DNA of 64,000 bases from Mobula hypostoma. Taxonomy: Eukaryota. The translations under genes were made by a program, and so were the position numbers. Under the pieces are notes generated by a model, which worked only from the letters and a program-made list of their open reading frames with translations, searched no databases and was not told the origin of the DNA. Each line of letters opens with the position of its first letter. Position 1 is the stretch's first letter. This document shows, piece by piece, positions 47,698-61,593 of this stretch. The DNA lies in NCBI RefSeq assembly GCF_963921235.1, contig NC_086107.1, forward strand, positions 99,760,001 through 99,824,000, in the 5' to 3' direction.

Positions 47698-48540
47698 GTA
47701 AGGTCGGCTCTTAGGCCGGTGAATGGCAGACATTTTATTGACGGCGCTCTGCACCAATCAGCGGGCAGAGTGCGATGATTGACATGTGCCTTGCCCATTG
47801 ACGAACAAGGAGGGCAGACACGGAATGCTGGAATCTATGGAGGGGCATAAACTGTGAACGTGTCGGGCCGAGTATGCTGCCCGACCCGCTGAGTGTTCCA
47901 GCATTTTCTGTTCATATTTTATTTCAGTATTTCAATGAATGACTGCTGGCTTTGAAGACCGATTTAATTATCCTGTTCTGATCCATATTTTAAGTTGTCA
48001 GCTTCATGGGAACATGGAGTCAGGATTTGGCTGTGCGCTTCCTGGGACTGTTGGGTGCATTCAGCGAAATCAGGGCTGACCCGATCTCCTCTTCTTCTCC
48101 CGTGTCCTATCTGCTTTTAAAGCTTTTTTTAAAAAACTCCCAACAATACTCTCAGCTTGCCTTTCAACAAATGCTGCCTAACCCGCTGAGTGGTTCCAGA
48201 AGTTTCTATTTTTATTTGAGATGTTCACCAACTGCAGGTCTTATTTTCTTATCTGTTTTCCATTACCCTTGACTCCGTTTATAGTCCAGAAATCCATCCT
48301 TTATCTTGAATCTACTTAATGACATTTATTTCTTCATGGGATGTGAATGCTGTGTTTCCTGGGAGGGTGTGATATGATGCTGTGGCTTTCTGAGACCAGA
48401 TATGGCTGGCTGTGTGAACATCAGATGAGGGAGACTGTGCAGGTTTGGGTCGTGAACATCACCTCGCGGGCTGATGCTGGCATGCAGAGCTGGTAGAAGT
48501 GGATGAATATTAAAATAAAGTTTTACTTTCCTTCCTGCAG

Positions 48541-48678
48541 ATTTCCTTTGGTCTTTTGAAAGTCTTCATTGTGGTTATTCCTTTTCTATACATGGGCACG
48601 TTGATCAGCAAGAACTTTGCCTCGCTGCTGGAGGAACATGATATCTTTGTCCCAGCTGATGACGACGATGATGATTGA
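48541..48678 (+). CDS. SMDT1: SMDT1/EMRE exon 2 (TM helix + poly-Asp tail)
   Basis: ISFGLLKVFIVVIPFLYMGTLISKNFASLLEEHDIFVPADDDDDD*. Acceptor ttcctgcag. Total 99 aa. Donor gtaaag at 48685, 6 nt after the stop. Confidence 0.97.
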   Translation: MSFGLLKVFIVVIPFLYMGTLISKNFASLLEEHDIFVPADDDDDD

Positions 48679-50706
48679 CTCAGGGTAAAGGAGCATGCAA
48701 GTACATATGTGTCACCACACATGACAGAAGTGTTCAAAATCATTAAGGTCTAAAGTAAGGTGAATGCCAGCTGCTACTTCAAAATTAATCCATCTATGAG
48801 GACACAGGGCCATAGGTGGAGATCAGTTTCAGGAAACATTTCTTTACGCAGCCAGTTGTGGACACATGGAACAATCTACCTATTTTTGTAGTTAAGAGTA
48901 GTACCTTAGAGACTTCTAAATCTAAACTCCATATAACCATATAACAATTACAGCATGGAAACAGACCATCTTGGCCCTTCTAGTCCGTGCCGAACACTTA
49001 CTCTCTCCTAGTCCCACCGACCTGCACTCAGCTCATAACCCTCCATTCCTTTCTTGTCCATATAACTATCCAATTTTTTTAACTTAATAGTTATTTCAAC
49101 ACACTATGTGAGTAGGAACTTTGCAAGTTTTGATGGGCCAAATGGCTTGTTCTTGTCAAAAACTTCCTGATGTTCGAGTTAAATATATGTCCCTGAGGTT
49201 CATTTTCTAGCAGGCATTCACAGTAAATACAAAGAAACACAATGGAATCAATGAAAAACCACACACAAGACAGACAACTAATGTGCAAATACAAAAAGAA
49301 AATAATAATTAATAAATATCGATCATATTAGACAAAGAGACCTTGAAAGTGAGTCCATAGGTTATGGAAACAGTTGAGTGATGGGGTGAGTGCAGTTACC
49401 CTCTTTGTTTCAAGAGCCTGATGGTTGAGGGGGAGTAACTGTTCCTGAACCTGGTGGTGGGGCAAGTGTTCGGTCTGCAGCTGAGTAGTGTATTCTGGAT
49501 CCCACTGATACGGAGACATTTCATGGCTGCTTCTGTGAAGCCTCTTGAGATGTTCTTGTGTGTGACTGGTATAAAGATCCACACCATGGCCTCTCCTGAT
49601 TGTAGGTGTTGACAGGAAACAGGAGTGAACTGTAGTATCTCAAAGTTACTCCAGGCACCCACGCTGGAGAATAAAGGCTGACTGGCAGCTCACTGCTAGG
49701 GAGTTTTGTAACTCTTGTCCACGTGGAATCCAGCTGTCATGAGGATGACTTGCAGGGCTATCTAAAGAAAGAACTGCTGTCCTTGAAAACTGTTCCCTGT
49801 CACTGCCGGGAGGGAGCCACCAATGTGGAAAGGCAAAATTTTACCATGTATCTTGGCAAATTGAAGTTACCGGCTCAGTGGGTAGTGCTCCTGCCTCTAA
49901 ATCAGAAGGTGGTGGGTTCAAATCCCACTCATTATTTCCTGTCAGTGCTGACGAGTTACGCACAAAACTTTTAAACCATGGTTCGGCCTGACCGCGATGG
50001 AAAACGTTTCATGACCTATGTGAAGAGAAGCAAGAACATTTTTCTCCCTGAAGCACTAGCTAATATTTATCTAGTATCACTAGATTTTAAAAATAAGTTT
50101 ATTATTTGGGATTTGTGGGAGTTTGCTGTGCAGATCCAATTGGAACTGTTGTTCCTCTGGGTTCTGAGAGCATACTTTAGTAGATATAGTGCAAGACCAA
50201 ATTGTTTGCCATTTTGGAAGGTGGGTGGGGGTAGAGCTGCACAGGGGACACACTGATTAAGAACATCAAGTCTTCTTCCCTTCCTGACGAAGGGTTCCGG
50301 CCCGAAACATTGACTGATCGTTTCCACGGATGCTGCCCGACCTGCTGAGTTCCTCCAGCGTGTTGTGAGAGTTGCTTTGACCCCAGCATCTGCAGAGTAT
50401 TTTGTGTTTATAAGTCTTCTTCCCTGAATAGCATTAATGAGCAAGTTGGATTTTACAACCCATCTGCCTTCCAATTCTAAATCTGCTCCTGATTCTGGGT
50501 GGTTCTTCCGGGGATGATCTTGGTTCTGAATAGAGGGATGTGAACACAACGTCAGTGTGTTTGGTGACTGATAACAATCGGCTGCAGATGCTCCAGTATT
50601 AGTCTGCTCCCAAACCTCCATGCCCCTAAGACTGCAGGGGGAATTAAACACTCAGCAGAAAGAGGCAGTGAAGATGGTGTCATCTTTCTCCCTTCTTGTT
50701 TTTCAG

Positions 50707-51760
50707 GTTTCAGTTCTGTGCACAAGCTGGTCTCGTTTGATTGAAATCCATGGGAGCCATTAGCTGTACATATTGTTCCTGTAACTAAATCGATCGCCCA
50801 AATCTCTCGGACTGAAGAGACAACTTCGCTGAAGAGAGGAGCAATCAAACATGACCATATTTTGCATGTGTTGCACATAGTATGTGTGTGGGGTGGGGTT
50901 TGGATCAAGTGGGTATAGGGGAGACAATTAACACTCATTAGAATTCGGATCACTCTCAGAAAACTTAGTTAGATTAACACTTATTTAGACAAGGACTTCT
51001 TATGTTTGAATTGTATTTCTACTTCCAACAGTACAAAACCCAGGCTGGACTTCAGCATATGTAAATGTCCTGTTGCACTAAAACTGTTGGTTTTGCTTCA
51101 GAACTAGAATTGGATGGTGTTGGTGCTCTGTGGATGCCTTTGAATTATAGTTTCACCATAAATAGGAAGGCATGCTAAATGCCTGCTATATGTTGGTTGA
51201 AGTAACCCAACAGTTGTCAGCAGTGGGTCAGGGATTAAACACATCTTACTGGTTGTTCAAACTTATAATTTGCAGTTTGGAATCAGCAACAGGGCCATTG
51301 GTGGTTTGGAACAGAGGGCTTGAACTCTATATTGGTTAAGGGATGTATAATTTCCACAACTAATCAAACAAGAAAAGGTACTTCCTTGAAACAAGTAACT
51401 GAAATTTAGAAACATAGAGCAGAGTGAAACATGATCAGTAGTGAATTATTTGGCCCAGAACTAAGATCATTGCGACCAGTAACACAGAGAAATTAATGTA
51501 AAGGAAAATGGAACGAGATTCAGGCTGGTTGTGTGCATCTGGACTTTCGCATTGGTTGGGAATGTGTGATATGCTGCCGGTGGGTGTGCACATCTGGTGT
51601 GTAACTGGCTGCCTGCTGTTTGCTTTATTTTGTGCATGATGTGTGGGATTAAATGCTTCAGCCACATTACCTCTGGTTTAAAGATTTGCCGGTGTCTTTG
51701 ATGGAATGTGTTTCTGTCACCCACAGCAATAAAACTGGTTAAATCTGACCAAACAACTTG
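50707..51760 (+). other. SMDT1: Probable SMDT1 non-coding 3' UTR exon
   Basis: Long polypyrimidine tract + tttcag acceptor ending at 50706 (alternative at 50713). Repeat-free sequence. AATAAA at 51728-51733 followed by a GT/T-rich tract. Confidence 0.65.
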
Positions 51761-53949
51761 TGTTTTTCTGCATATTACTGGGTGAGCTTCATTTTGACAA
51801 ATGGTTTAGCAGATTTATATATTGTGTGGCCTTAATATCTATTTCTCCCAACGCTAGGACGTTGAGCTCGATACAGGCTAACATGAATGCTTATTGTGAA
51901 CGTTGGCGCACTCTCCCAAATACAGCAGGCTTTTGTTTGTGGTTTTTTTACCTGTGCAGGTTCCTCCATTCATCTTGTTAAATCCCATTTTTCTTTCTCA
52001 ATACCAGTCCTATGATCTGTGTGAGTAGGTAGCTGATTCTGAAAACTTGCTTGGACAGTAGATTTGTCCACAAAATTGCTCAGAAACATCCCTTTCCATT
52101 GTTACCAAGAGCTTTTTTATTCTTTCCCACTCTGCCCCTGCCCCCTTTAATACTGTCAAATGTGGACCTTCCCTCTATAGATGCTTTATTCAGGAACTGA
52201 AGAGTTTGTATAATACAGAGTCATCGAAAGCTACACCACAGAAGCAGGCCCTTCATCCCATCCAGTCCGTGCTGAACCACTTAAACTGCCTAGTCCCACT
52301 GACTTTACACGCAGACCACAGCCTTCCATACCACTCCCATCCATGTACTTATCCAAACTTACTTTTTGTTATATACAGCATGCTATAGGCCCTTCCAGCT
52401 CTTTGAGCCACGCAACCCAGCAAAACCCCCGATTCAATCCAAGCCTAACCACGGGACAATTTACAATGATAGATAGATAGACATACTTTATTGATCCTGA
52501 GGGAAATTGGGTTTCATTACAGTTGCACCAACCAAGAATAGAGTATAAATATAACAATATAAAACCATAAATAATTAAATAATAATATGTAAATTGTGCC
52601 AGATGGAAATAAGTCCAGGAGCAGCCTATTGGCTCAGGGTGTCTGACCCTCCAAGGGAGGGGTTGTAAAGTTTGATGGCCACAGGACAATTAACCTACCA
52701 ACCAGTACATCTTTGGACTGTGGGAGGAAACTGGAGCACCCGGAGGAAACCCATGTGGTCACGGGGAGAACATACCAACTCCTTACAGGTAGTGGTGGGA
52801 ATTAAACCCAGGTCACCTGTACTGTAAAGCGTTGTGCTAACCACTATACAGTAGTAAATCAAAATTGCATCCTGCACTTGTGCTGGCAGTCCGTACCACA
52901 CTCTGAGTGAAGAAGTTTCCTCTCGTATCGAGAAGTAGCTGAGAACACAGGATACAGCAATGGTTACAGGAGCAGACAACTTCCCATCCGTACCACTGAA
53001 GACCTGAACACCACAAATACTCATGCCTGTTCCAGTGCAGTTACAGGTTTCTGTCAGATAATTGTCCCACAATCTCGTGGACACAAGCTGTCGGACAAAT
53101 CCAATAATGACTGCCCAAACAGTCAAAATCATTAAAGCGATGGAAGCCAGTTGTAAACACAAAATACTCTGCAGCTGCTGGGGTCAAAGCAACACTCACA
53201 ACACACTGGAGGAACTCAGCAGGTTGGGCAGCATCCGTGGAAATGATCAGTCAACATTTTTGTCCGGACTGAAGAGGGAAGGGGCAGAGGCCCTATAAAG
53301 GTGGGGGGAGGTTCCGCCTCCTTCTACTACCCATTGTGTTTTCCCCTATTCCTTCTTCACCTTTCCTGCCTATCACCTCCCCCACCCCTTTATCTTTCCC
53401 CTTACTGGTTTTTCACCTGGAACCTACCAGCCTTCTCCTTCCCACCCTCCCCCCACCTTCTTTATAGGGCCTCTGCCCCTTCCCTCTACAGTCCTGGCAA
53501 AGGGTTCCGGCCCAAAACGTTGACTGCTGGTTTCCACGGAAGCTGTCCGACCTGCCGAGTTGCTCCAGCGTGTTGTGGGTGTAGCATGGAAGCCAGTTAA
53601 CAGTGCTCTCACATGCCACTTAGGCAATGGCCAGATTAGGTTTGGTTTAATATTATTACTGTCACACGTACTGCGGTAGAGTGAAAAGCTTTCATCTATG
53701 TACCATCCTTACGGAACACATTACACTGAGGTAGTAAAGGAGAAGCGATGCAGAATATAGTGTGCAGTTAGAAAGAGCAGTGCAGCCAGGCAAGGTGATG
53801 GTGAGCTAGATTGGAAGATCAAGAGTTCATCCTTTAGCATGTGAGAGGACAATTCAAGAATCATAACAGCAGGAGAGAAGCTGTCCTTGAGTCTGATGGT
53901 TTGTGATCTCAGGCTTCTGTATCTTCTGCCCGACACACCAGTCCTCAGA

Positions 53950-54612
53950 GGAGGAAAGAGTGAGCAGCTTCAAGTTCCTGGGTGTCAATATCTCTGAGGA
54001 TCTAACCTGGACCCAACATATTGATGCAGCTACAAAGAAGACACAACAGTGGCTATATTTCATCAGGAATTTGAGCAGATTTGGTATGTCGCCTGAAACA
54101 CACAAATTTCTGCAGATGTAGCGTAGAGAGCATTGTAACTGGTTGTATTACCATCTGGTTCGGGGATGGGGGCGGGGGCTACTGCACAGGATCAAATTAA
54201 GCTACAGAGAGTTGTAAACGTAAAAAGCTCCATCATGGGCACTATCCTACATAGTAACCAGGACGTGTTCAAGGAGCGATGCCTCAGAAAGGCGGCATCC
54301 ATCATTAAGGACCCTCTTCACCTAGGGGATGCCTTCTTCTCATTGCTATCACCGGGAAGGAGGTGTAGAAGCCTGAAGGCATAAACCCAACAATTAATCA
54401 TTCAGCTTTTTCCCTTCTGCCATCCGATTTCTGAATGAACATTAAACTCATGAACACTACCTCACTACTTATTTATTTCTATTTTTGCACTATTTAATAT
54501 ATATACTTACTGTAGTTCAGTATTTTTCCCTGTTAGTATGCCTTGCATTATACTGCTGTCGCAAAGTTAACAAATCTCACGACATATGCCGGTAATATTA
54601 GACCCTGATTCT
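53950..54612 (+). mobile_element. Rex1/Babar-like LINE 3' fragment
   Basis: ERVSSFKFLGVNISEDLTWTQHIDAATKKTQQWLYFIR...KAASIIKDPLH. Confidence 0.72.
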
Positions 54613-54764
54613 GACAGGAGAGAGGAGAGGAGAGAATGACTGGGGTGAGAGGGGGTCCTTGATCCAACTGGCTGTTTTCTCGAGGCAGTGGGAAGTGTAG
54701 ACGGAGTCAAGAGGGAAGGTTTGTTTGTATGGTGGTCTAGCCTGCGTCCACTACTCTGCATTTC

Positions 54765-55190
54765 TCAAAGTTGCTGGTGAACGCAGCAGGCCAAGCAGCA
54801 TCTATAGGAAGAGGCGCAGTCGACGTTTCAGGCCGAGACCCTTCGTCAGGACTAACTGAAGGAAGAGTGAGTAAGGGATTTGAAAGCTGGAGGGGGAGGG
54901 GGAGATGCAAAATGATAGGAGAAGACAGGAGGGGGAGGGATAGAGCCGAGAGCTGGACAGGTGATAGGCAAAAGGGGATATGAGAGGATCATGGGACAGG
55001 AGGTCCGGGAAGAAAGACGGTGGGGGGGAGGGGGTGACCCAGAGGATGGGCAAGAGGTATATTCAGAGGGACAGAGGGAGAAAAAGGAGAGTGAGAGAAA
55101 GAATGTGTGCATAAAAATGAGTCACAGCTGGGGTACGAGGGGGAGGTGGGGCCTAGCGGAAGTTAGAGAAGTCAATGTTCATGCCATCAG
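54765..55190 (-). mobile_element. Penelope-like 3' fragment abutting a CR1 3' end
   Basis: Near-identical to 30780-31200. Confidence 0.8.
54818..54853 (-). ncRNA. Minimal type I hammerhead ribozyme motif (Penelope-associated)
   Basis: Minus strand agtc-CTGACGA-agggtctcggcct-GAAA-c-GTC-gact. Confidence 0.68.
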
Positions 55191-55781
55191 GTCTATAGTC
55201 GAGGGATAGAGTTTAAGAGTCGCAAGGTAATGATGCAGCTCTATAAAACTCTGGTTAGGCCACACTTGGAGTACTGTGTCCAGTTCTGGTCGCTTCACTA
55301 TAGGAAGGATGTGGAAGCATTGGAAAGGGTACAGAGGAGATTTACCAGGATGCTGCCTGGTTTAGAGAGTATGCATTATGATCAGAGATTAAGGGATCTA
55401 GGGCTTTACTCTTTGGAGAGGTGGATGAGAGGAGGCATGATAGAGGTACACAAGATATTCAGAGGAATAGAGTGGATAGCCAGTGCCTCTTCCCCACAGC
55501 ACCACTGCTCAATACAAGAGGACATGGCTTTAAGGTAAAGGGTGGGAAGTTCAAGGGCGATATTAGAGGAAGGATTTTTATTCAAGAGAGTGGTTGGTAT
55601 GTGGAATGCACTGCCTGAGTCAGTGGTGGAGGCAGATACGCTAGTGAAATTTAAGACACTACTGGACAGGTATATGAAGGAATTTGAGGTGGGGGGGTAT
55701 ATGGGAGGCAGGGTTTGAGGGTCGGCACAACATTGTGGGCCGAAGGGTCTGTACCGTGATGTACTATTCTATGTTCTATGT
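55191..55781 (+). mobile_element. CR1 3' end (same subfamily as 17460-18054)
   Basis: LYKTLVRPHLEYCVQFWS...LERVQRRFTRMLPGL. (ttctatg)n tail. Confidence 0.88.
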
Positions 55782-57180
55782 TAATTGTCGTTTAAGCATC
55801 AGAATTAGGTTTATGTAGTGAAACTTGTTTCATGCTGGCAGTACAGCACAAGACAATGAAATTACTGTAAGTTGCAACAAGAAATAAAATATAAAGAAGG
55901 AATAGTGAGATCATGTTCATGGGCCATTCAGAAATCTGATGGTGGAGGGGAAAAAACTGTCTTTGAAGTACTGAGTATGCATCTTCAGGCTACTGTACCT
56001 CTTCCCTGATGACGGTTAAAAGAAGGACATGTCCTGGATGGTGAGGGTCCTTTGTGATTGATACCATCTCTCTGAGACAGTGCCTCTTGAAGATGTGCTC
56101 GCTGATAGGAAGGCTTGTGCCTGAGATGGACCTGTCTGAGTCTACAACTCTCTTTCGATGATCTGCATTTACCCTCCAGAGTTTAATTTCAAGATCAAGG
56201 GTCTCCCATTTCAGAATGGGGTGAGGAGGGTTGTGAATACTTGGAATATTCTACTCCTGAGAGCCATGGGAATAGAGTCACTGAGTATATTGAAGGCAGA
56301 GATCGATTTTGGGGCTAAATGGTGGTGAAAACGAAGAGTGAAGCTGACACTAAAGATCAGATCAGCCGTGGGCTTACTGAAGGCAGGGCTATCTAAGTGC
56401 ACTTGTAATGTGAACAAGGCACTGGAGAGACAAGCTAGTGGATATAGAAATTTATTCAGCACAACAAGCAGCTATTTGAGACACTCTCAGAAGAGGAGGA
56501 CTGCTTGACACAATATTAAATTACATTTTATATGCTAAAGATCAAAGGTAACAGGACAATTCTACCGTTAAAATGTATCTACAATGCTTCCTTTGAACTA
56601 CATATAGTTTTCAAACACATCCTCCTTCATACTCACACTGACACCCAAAATGAATGTTAATCCCCACTGACATCAAGTGAATGGGTAGTTTGTAATCAAC
56701 CCCAATCTGCAGCACCAGGGAGGCTCTTGTTCAGAGCTGCATTTTAAATTCAATCTATGATCCACATTCAAATCTGAAGATTGGTTGCTACCGAAATTAA
56801 TACCAGCTATATACCCTTACTCCAGAATACACCCTAACAGGGCAGAGTCCTGCTCTTATGAAATATGTCCTTGTGAGAAAAACAGATGTTTGAGGGACAA
56901 CAGATGCAGCAGGTTTAAAATGAGATTAGGAATGGAGAGAAGAGTTGATCTAAGATACTCTGGTGTGAAGTACCACGAAATTGTGAACCAACCTTTTGGA
57001 AGCCAGACTCAGACCCAGATTAATGGGGAATTACCTGGGGATACATGAGCTCACTGGCTGGAAAACAATGAATTTGTGTCCAAATAACAACATGAGACAC
57101 CTCTAGGGAAAGAGACTAAACCCATCAGATTTATTACTTTTGAATATCTTTATTTTACAATAGACACACTGCCTCATTAT

Positions 57181-57312
57181 TTACACATCGTGGCCCGCAT
57201 AGAATCTAGATAGGAAATCGGTAGGTCGAGGAGTCTCTGTCTCATGGAAGTAACGCATGATGTGTGTCCGCTGCTTCCAAACTTTTATCGTTTCTTCAAG
57301 ATCCATTTTACC
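57181..57312 (-). CDS. NDUFA6: NDUFA6 last exon
   Basis: [43 protein letters not shown]. Acceptor cag. Minus-strand AATAAA at 57149-57154 and 57130-57135. Confidence 0.96.
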   Translation of the reverse strand, partial: GKMDLEETIKVWKQRTHIMRYFHETETPRPTDFLSRFYAGHDV

Positions 57313-57959
57313 CTGGAAATGGAAAAACCAACAGGGCAAGAAATTAGGGGAGTATGAACGACCAAAGATGGGGTGATAAAGTAAATGGAACTGTGACTAA
57401 ATCAGAAGTGTGGACAATGCAAAAGTCACTTGCAAGTTCTGATACAACAGCAGAAAACTCTGAAAATATTTAGGTCAGGCAAAGGAAAAAGCAGAGTCAG
57501 CATTTTAGGTTGCTAACCTCTCTTCAAAACTGACAGGAGTTAGAAATCAAACATGTTTAACCTCCAGAGAATTTGGAGAGGATATGGGGAACGTCTGTGA
57601 TCAAGCACAGATGGGAAACCCCTCAACCTGAAACATCAGCTGTTTCTTTTTCCACAGATTCTGCCTGAGCTGCACTTTGTTGTTATTTCTATAGAAGTTT
57701 AACTTACCTGCTTCAGAATTCTGTTATTCCAGCTATAAATTCCACTGCTTGGTTTCTGTTTACTATTAACCTACAGTTTTACTTTTAATGATATATGAAT
57801 CTACCCTAAAGGTCTCTATGGGATTTTGCTTCATTATCTCATTTTCCACTTTATTGGCATGCATATTTATAAAAGAAATAAGCCTCACAAAACCATATTA
57901 ATTTATTCACAATCTCGGCAAAATATTGGCTGATTAGCTAATTGGACAGCAGCTGCTAA

Positions 57960-60900
57960 TAAAAGGAAGGCGAGTGCAAGTGGGATGGCTGAGTGTAGGG
58001 GTGGGATTTTAAGGCTCTGGCTTGAGAGGCTTCGGCAAGAAGCCTTTTTAAACTACTCAGATGGACTAATTGCTGAGTAATTGAGACTTAAGCAAGGTTA
58101 CTGAAAACGTGGCTGACAATAAAACTACAACTAATTAAATAAAGTAAGGATGCAGTTGAGGTTGCACGTGGGAGCTGGTGGACCCCAATGTAGTTCCTGT
58201 TTACAATGTCTACAGCTTGAGGAACTCAAGCTCTAAATTGATCACCTGGAATCTGAGCTTCAAACACTGTGACACACCATGGAAGGGTAGAGTTACCTGG
58301 ATACTGTGTTTCAGGGGGCAGTCATACTGTGTATGTTTCAAATTCTGACTAAGGTCAACATCAAGAGGGTGTGACTGTGAGTGAGGCAGGTAGGGGAATT
58401 CAAGAGGTAGTACTGGAGGAGCCTCAGCCCTTGAGCTAGACTAACAGGATTCTTACTTCCTGTGTGGGTGAGAGCGGGGGCTACAGGAAGGATGAGCAAC
58501 CTAATGGTAGCCTGTGATTCAGGGAGCCATTTGAAAGGGGAGAGAGAAGAGAAATATAGTTGTACTTGGGTATCATATCGTCAAGGTAATTGTCTATTGC
58601 AAGGATCAAGAATCCTGACAACTGTGCTGTCTGCCTGGTGTCCATCTGCAGCAGATCTCACATGAATCTGACCTACAGAGGAATTTCCAGTGGGAGGAGA
58701 ATGAGCCAGTTGTCATGGTTTATGTGGGTACCAGGAAGAACAAGCAAAGAGGTTCTGCTAATGAAATTTGAACAGCCATGGACTATGTTAAAAAGCAGAA
58801 CCAAAGAGATACTAATCTCTAGATTGCTACCCGAGCCATGTGGTTCATTTAGATTAGAGAGTTAAATGTGGTGGCTCAAAGACTGGTGTGGGAGAAGTGG
58901 ATTTGAACTCATGAGACATTGGCACCACTACTGGGAGAGGGAACTGTTCCGATAAGGTGGGCTCCACCTGAACCAGGGTCCTGGCAGAATCACAATACTA
59001 GGGCCGTGAATAGGGTTTTAAACTAAATAGTAGGGGAGTGGATTCAACAGATTGGAAATTATGGATAAACTAAAAGGGAAGGAGAGCATAGGAGAGGTTA
59101 TTAAAGTCTCCAGAATAAAAAATAGTTTAGAATGGGTTAAGAACTATCAGGCAACTTGGAGAAGAGGGGAGTTGAATACAGGACAGAAGGTGTTGTATTT
59201 GAATGCACGCTGTATATGAAACAAGATGCAAGAGCTTATAGCACAGTTAGAAATTAGCAGATACAACATTGTGGGCATCACAGTCACAGCTGAAAGAAGA
59301 TCACAGTTGGGAGCTAAACATCCAAGGATACGTATCCTAACAACAAGACAGACGGGGGCCGATGGGATGGGGTGGGGTAGCCTTGTTGGTTAAAGAATTA
59401 AATCAAAACAAATTCATAGCAAGAAGTGTCATAGGACCCAAAGAGCTAGGATCCTCGTAGGTAGAGTTAAGAAATCGCAAGAGTAACAAGAAGTAGAATA
59501 GGCATGTAAGAAAGGTATTGCTGCAGTGGTCATGGGGGCACTTCAATATACAGGTAGACTGGGAAGTTCAAGAGAAATAACTTGCAGAAGGTCTATCAGA
59601 ATGCTTTTTGGAGCAGCATGTGGTGGATCCCATGAACAGAAAGGCAATTCTGGGTTTAATATTATGCTCTGAAACAAATTGATTAGGGAACTCAAGGTAA
59701 AGGAATCTTTAAGAGGCAGTGATCATAGCAGGATGAATTTCCTCCTGCAGTTTGAGAGGGAGAAGCTAAAATTGGTATTACAGTTGAGTAAAATGAACTA
59801 CAAAGGCATGAGAGAGGAGTTGGCCAAAGAAGATCCTAGCAAGAATGATGGTAGAGCAGCAATGCATGATAAGAGATTCTGGGAGTAATCTGGAAGACAA
59901 GATCATTTCATCACAAAGAAACAGCAGTGTTCTAAAGGGAGGATGAGGCAACCATGGCTGACAAGGAAAGTCACAGACAGCCTGAAAAAAGAGTGCATAC
60001 GATATTGCAAAAGTTAGTAGGAAGCATGAGGATTGGGAAGCTTTTAAAAACCAAAGAAGGTGACTAAAAAAGCAATGAAGGGAAAAAAGATGAAAAATGA
60101 AGATCAGCTAGTAACGAGGATACAAAAACTTTCTCAGGTATATAAAGAGTAAAAGAGAGACAAGTGGACATCGGACTACTGGAAAAGTAGTAACGGAGAA
60201 TAAAGAAATGGCAGTTAAACTGAATAAGCATTTTGCATCAGTCTTCACTGAGAAAGACACCAGCAACATGCCATAAATTTGAGAATATCAGGGGCAAAAG
60301 TGAGCGTAGTCGCTATCACTAAGTGGAAGGTGCTTTGGAAGTTAAGGTCTGAAGGTGAATAAGCCACCAGGACTGGACAGACTACACGTCAGGGTTCTGA
60401 AGAGATTGTGGAGACGTCAGTAGTGATCTTTCAATAATTATTTGAGTCAGGAAAATTACAAATGTACTCCATACTTTAAAAAGGGAAGGAGGCAAAAGCC
60501 AGGAAATTACAGATGATTTTTGAAATGAGGAGAGAATTCAGAAATCTGAGGTGCAGGACTAAAGGTTAACTTGCAGACCGAGTGAGTAGTAAGGAAGTCA
60601 AGTGCAATGTTAGCATTTATACTCTAGTTCTCTTGAAATTAAAGTAATATGGTAATGTTGTGGATTGATAATGATTGGTCAGACCACACTGGGATATAAC
60701 AAGCAGTTCTGGGCCCCATATCTGAGGAAGGATGGAAGGAAAGGGTTCCCAACCCTTTCTATCCCATGGACCCCTACCATTAACCGAAGGGTCCATGGAC
60801 CCCAGTCCAAAGGATGTTTTTGAGAATGATCCTGGGGATGAAAGGAGCTTTTGCTGTCTCTGGGCCTGTACTGAATGTAGTTTAGAAGGATGGCTGGTGG

Positions 60901-61285
60901 AGTGTGATGGACGGGGGTGGAATCTCATTGAAACCTACTAAATATTGAAAGGCATGAATATAATGGACATGGAGAGGATATTTCCAGTAGCAGAAAGGTA
61001 AAGGACAAGATAGCACAGCCTCAGAAAAAAGGCATGTGTCTTTACAACAAATGAGGAGCAATTTCTTTAGCTAGAGGATGGCAGACAGCCGTGGAGGCCA
61101 AGCCATTGGAGATATTTAAAGCAGAGGTTAATAGATCCTTGATTAGTAAAGGTGCTAAAGGTTACAGACAGAAAGCAGGAGAATGGGGCTGAGGGAAAAA
61201 TAAATCAGCCATGACTGAATGCCAGAGAATACTCGAAGGGCAGAATGGCCTATTTCTACCCCTAAGGCTATGTCTTATGGTCTTG
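57960..61285 (+). mobile_element. Old, heavily decayed near full-length CR1 filling NDUFA6 intron
   Basis: 5' ggcttgagaggcttcggc as at 9140, ORF1 and endonuclease remnants (GSDH), 3' end with tcttatgg tail. Confidence 0.75.
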
Positions 61286-61593
61286 TATTGTCTAAGTGTT
61301 CCTCAATATCAACATACACCCCAACTGAAATTTGTATTCTTATGCCAAATCCAAGTCACTATATGTAATTAGATCGTGTTAACCTCAGCACTGATCCCTG
61401 TGGGCATTGTTAACTATTTTAACCTTAAGCATAAAATGAGGAGTAAAGTAGTAGGCAAAACTAAAGGCGAGTGAGCATTTGTCTGACCTGAACCTGGACA
61501 GAAATAGTTCAGAGTGAAAAGCTAAAAACAGCGGAGCTTCATCTGACTCAAAAGAAATTGGTTGCTCTTCTATTAATCGCCAAATTCCTGTAC

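Noticed and set aside
49872..49930. tRNA gene
   Set aside because: Has A/B-box-like sequence but no complete cloverleaf or acceptor stem. More likely the head of an old tRNA-derived SINE.
54765..55781. Single Penelope-CR1 chimeric retrotranscript
   Set aside because: The two pieces abut in opposite orientation but no shared TSD was found. Independent insertion or deletion is equally likely.
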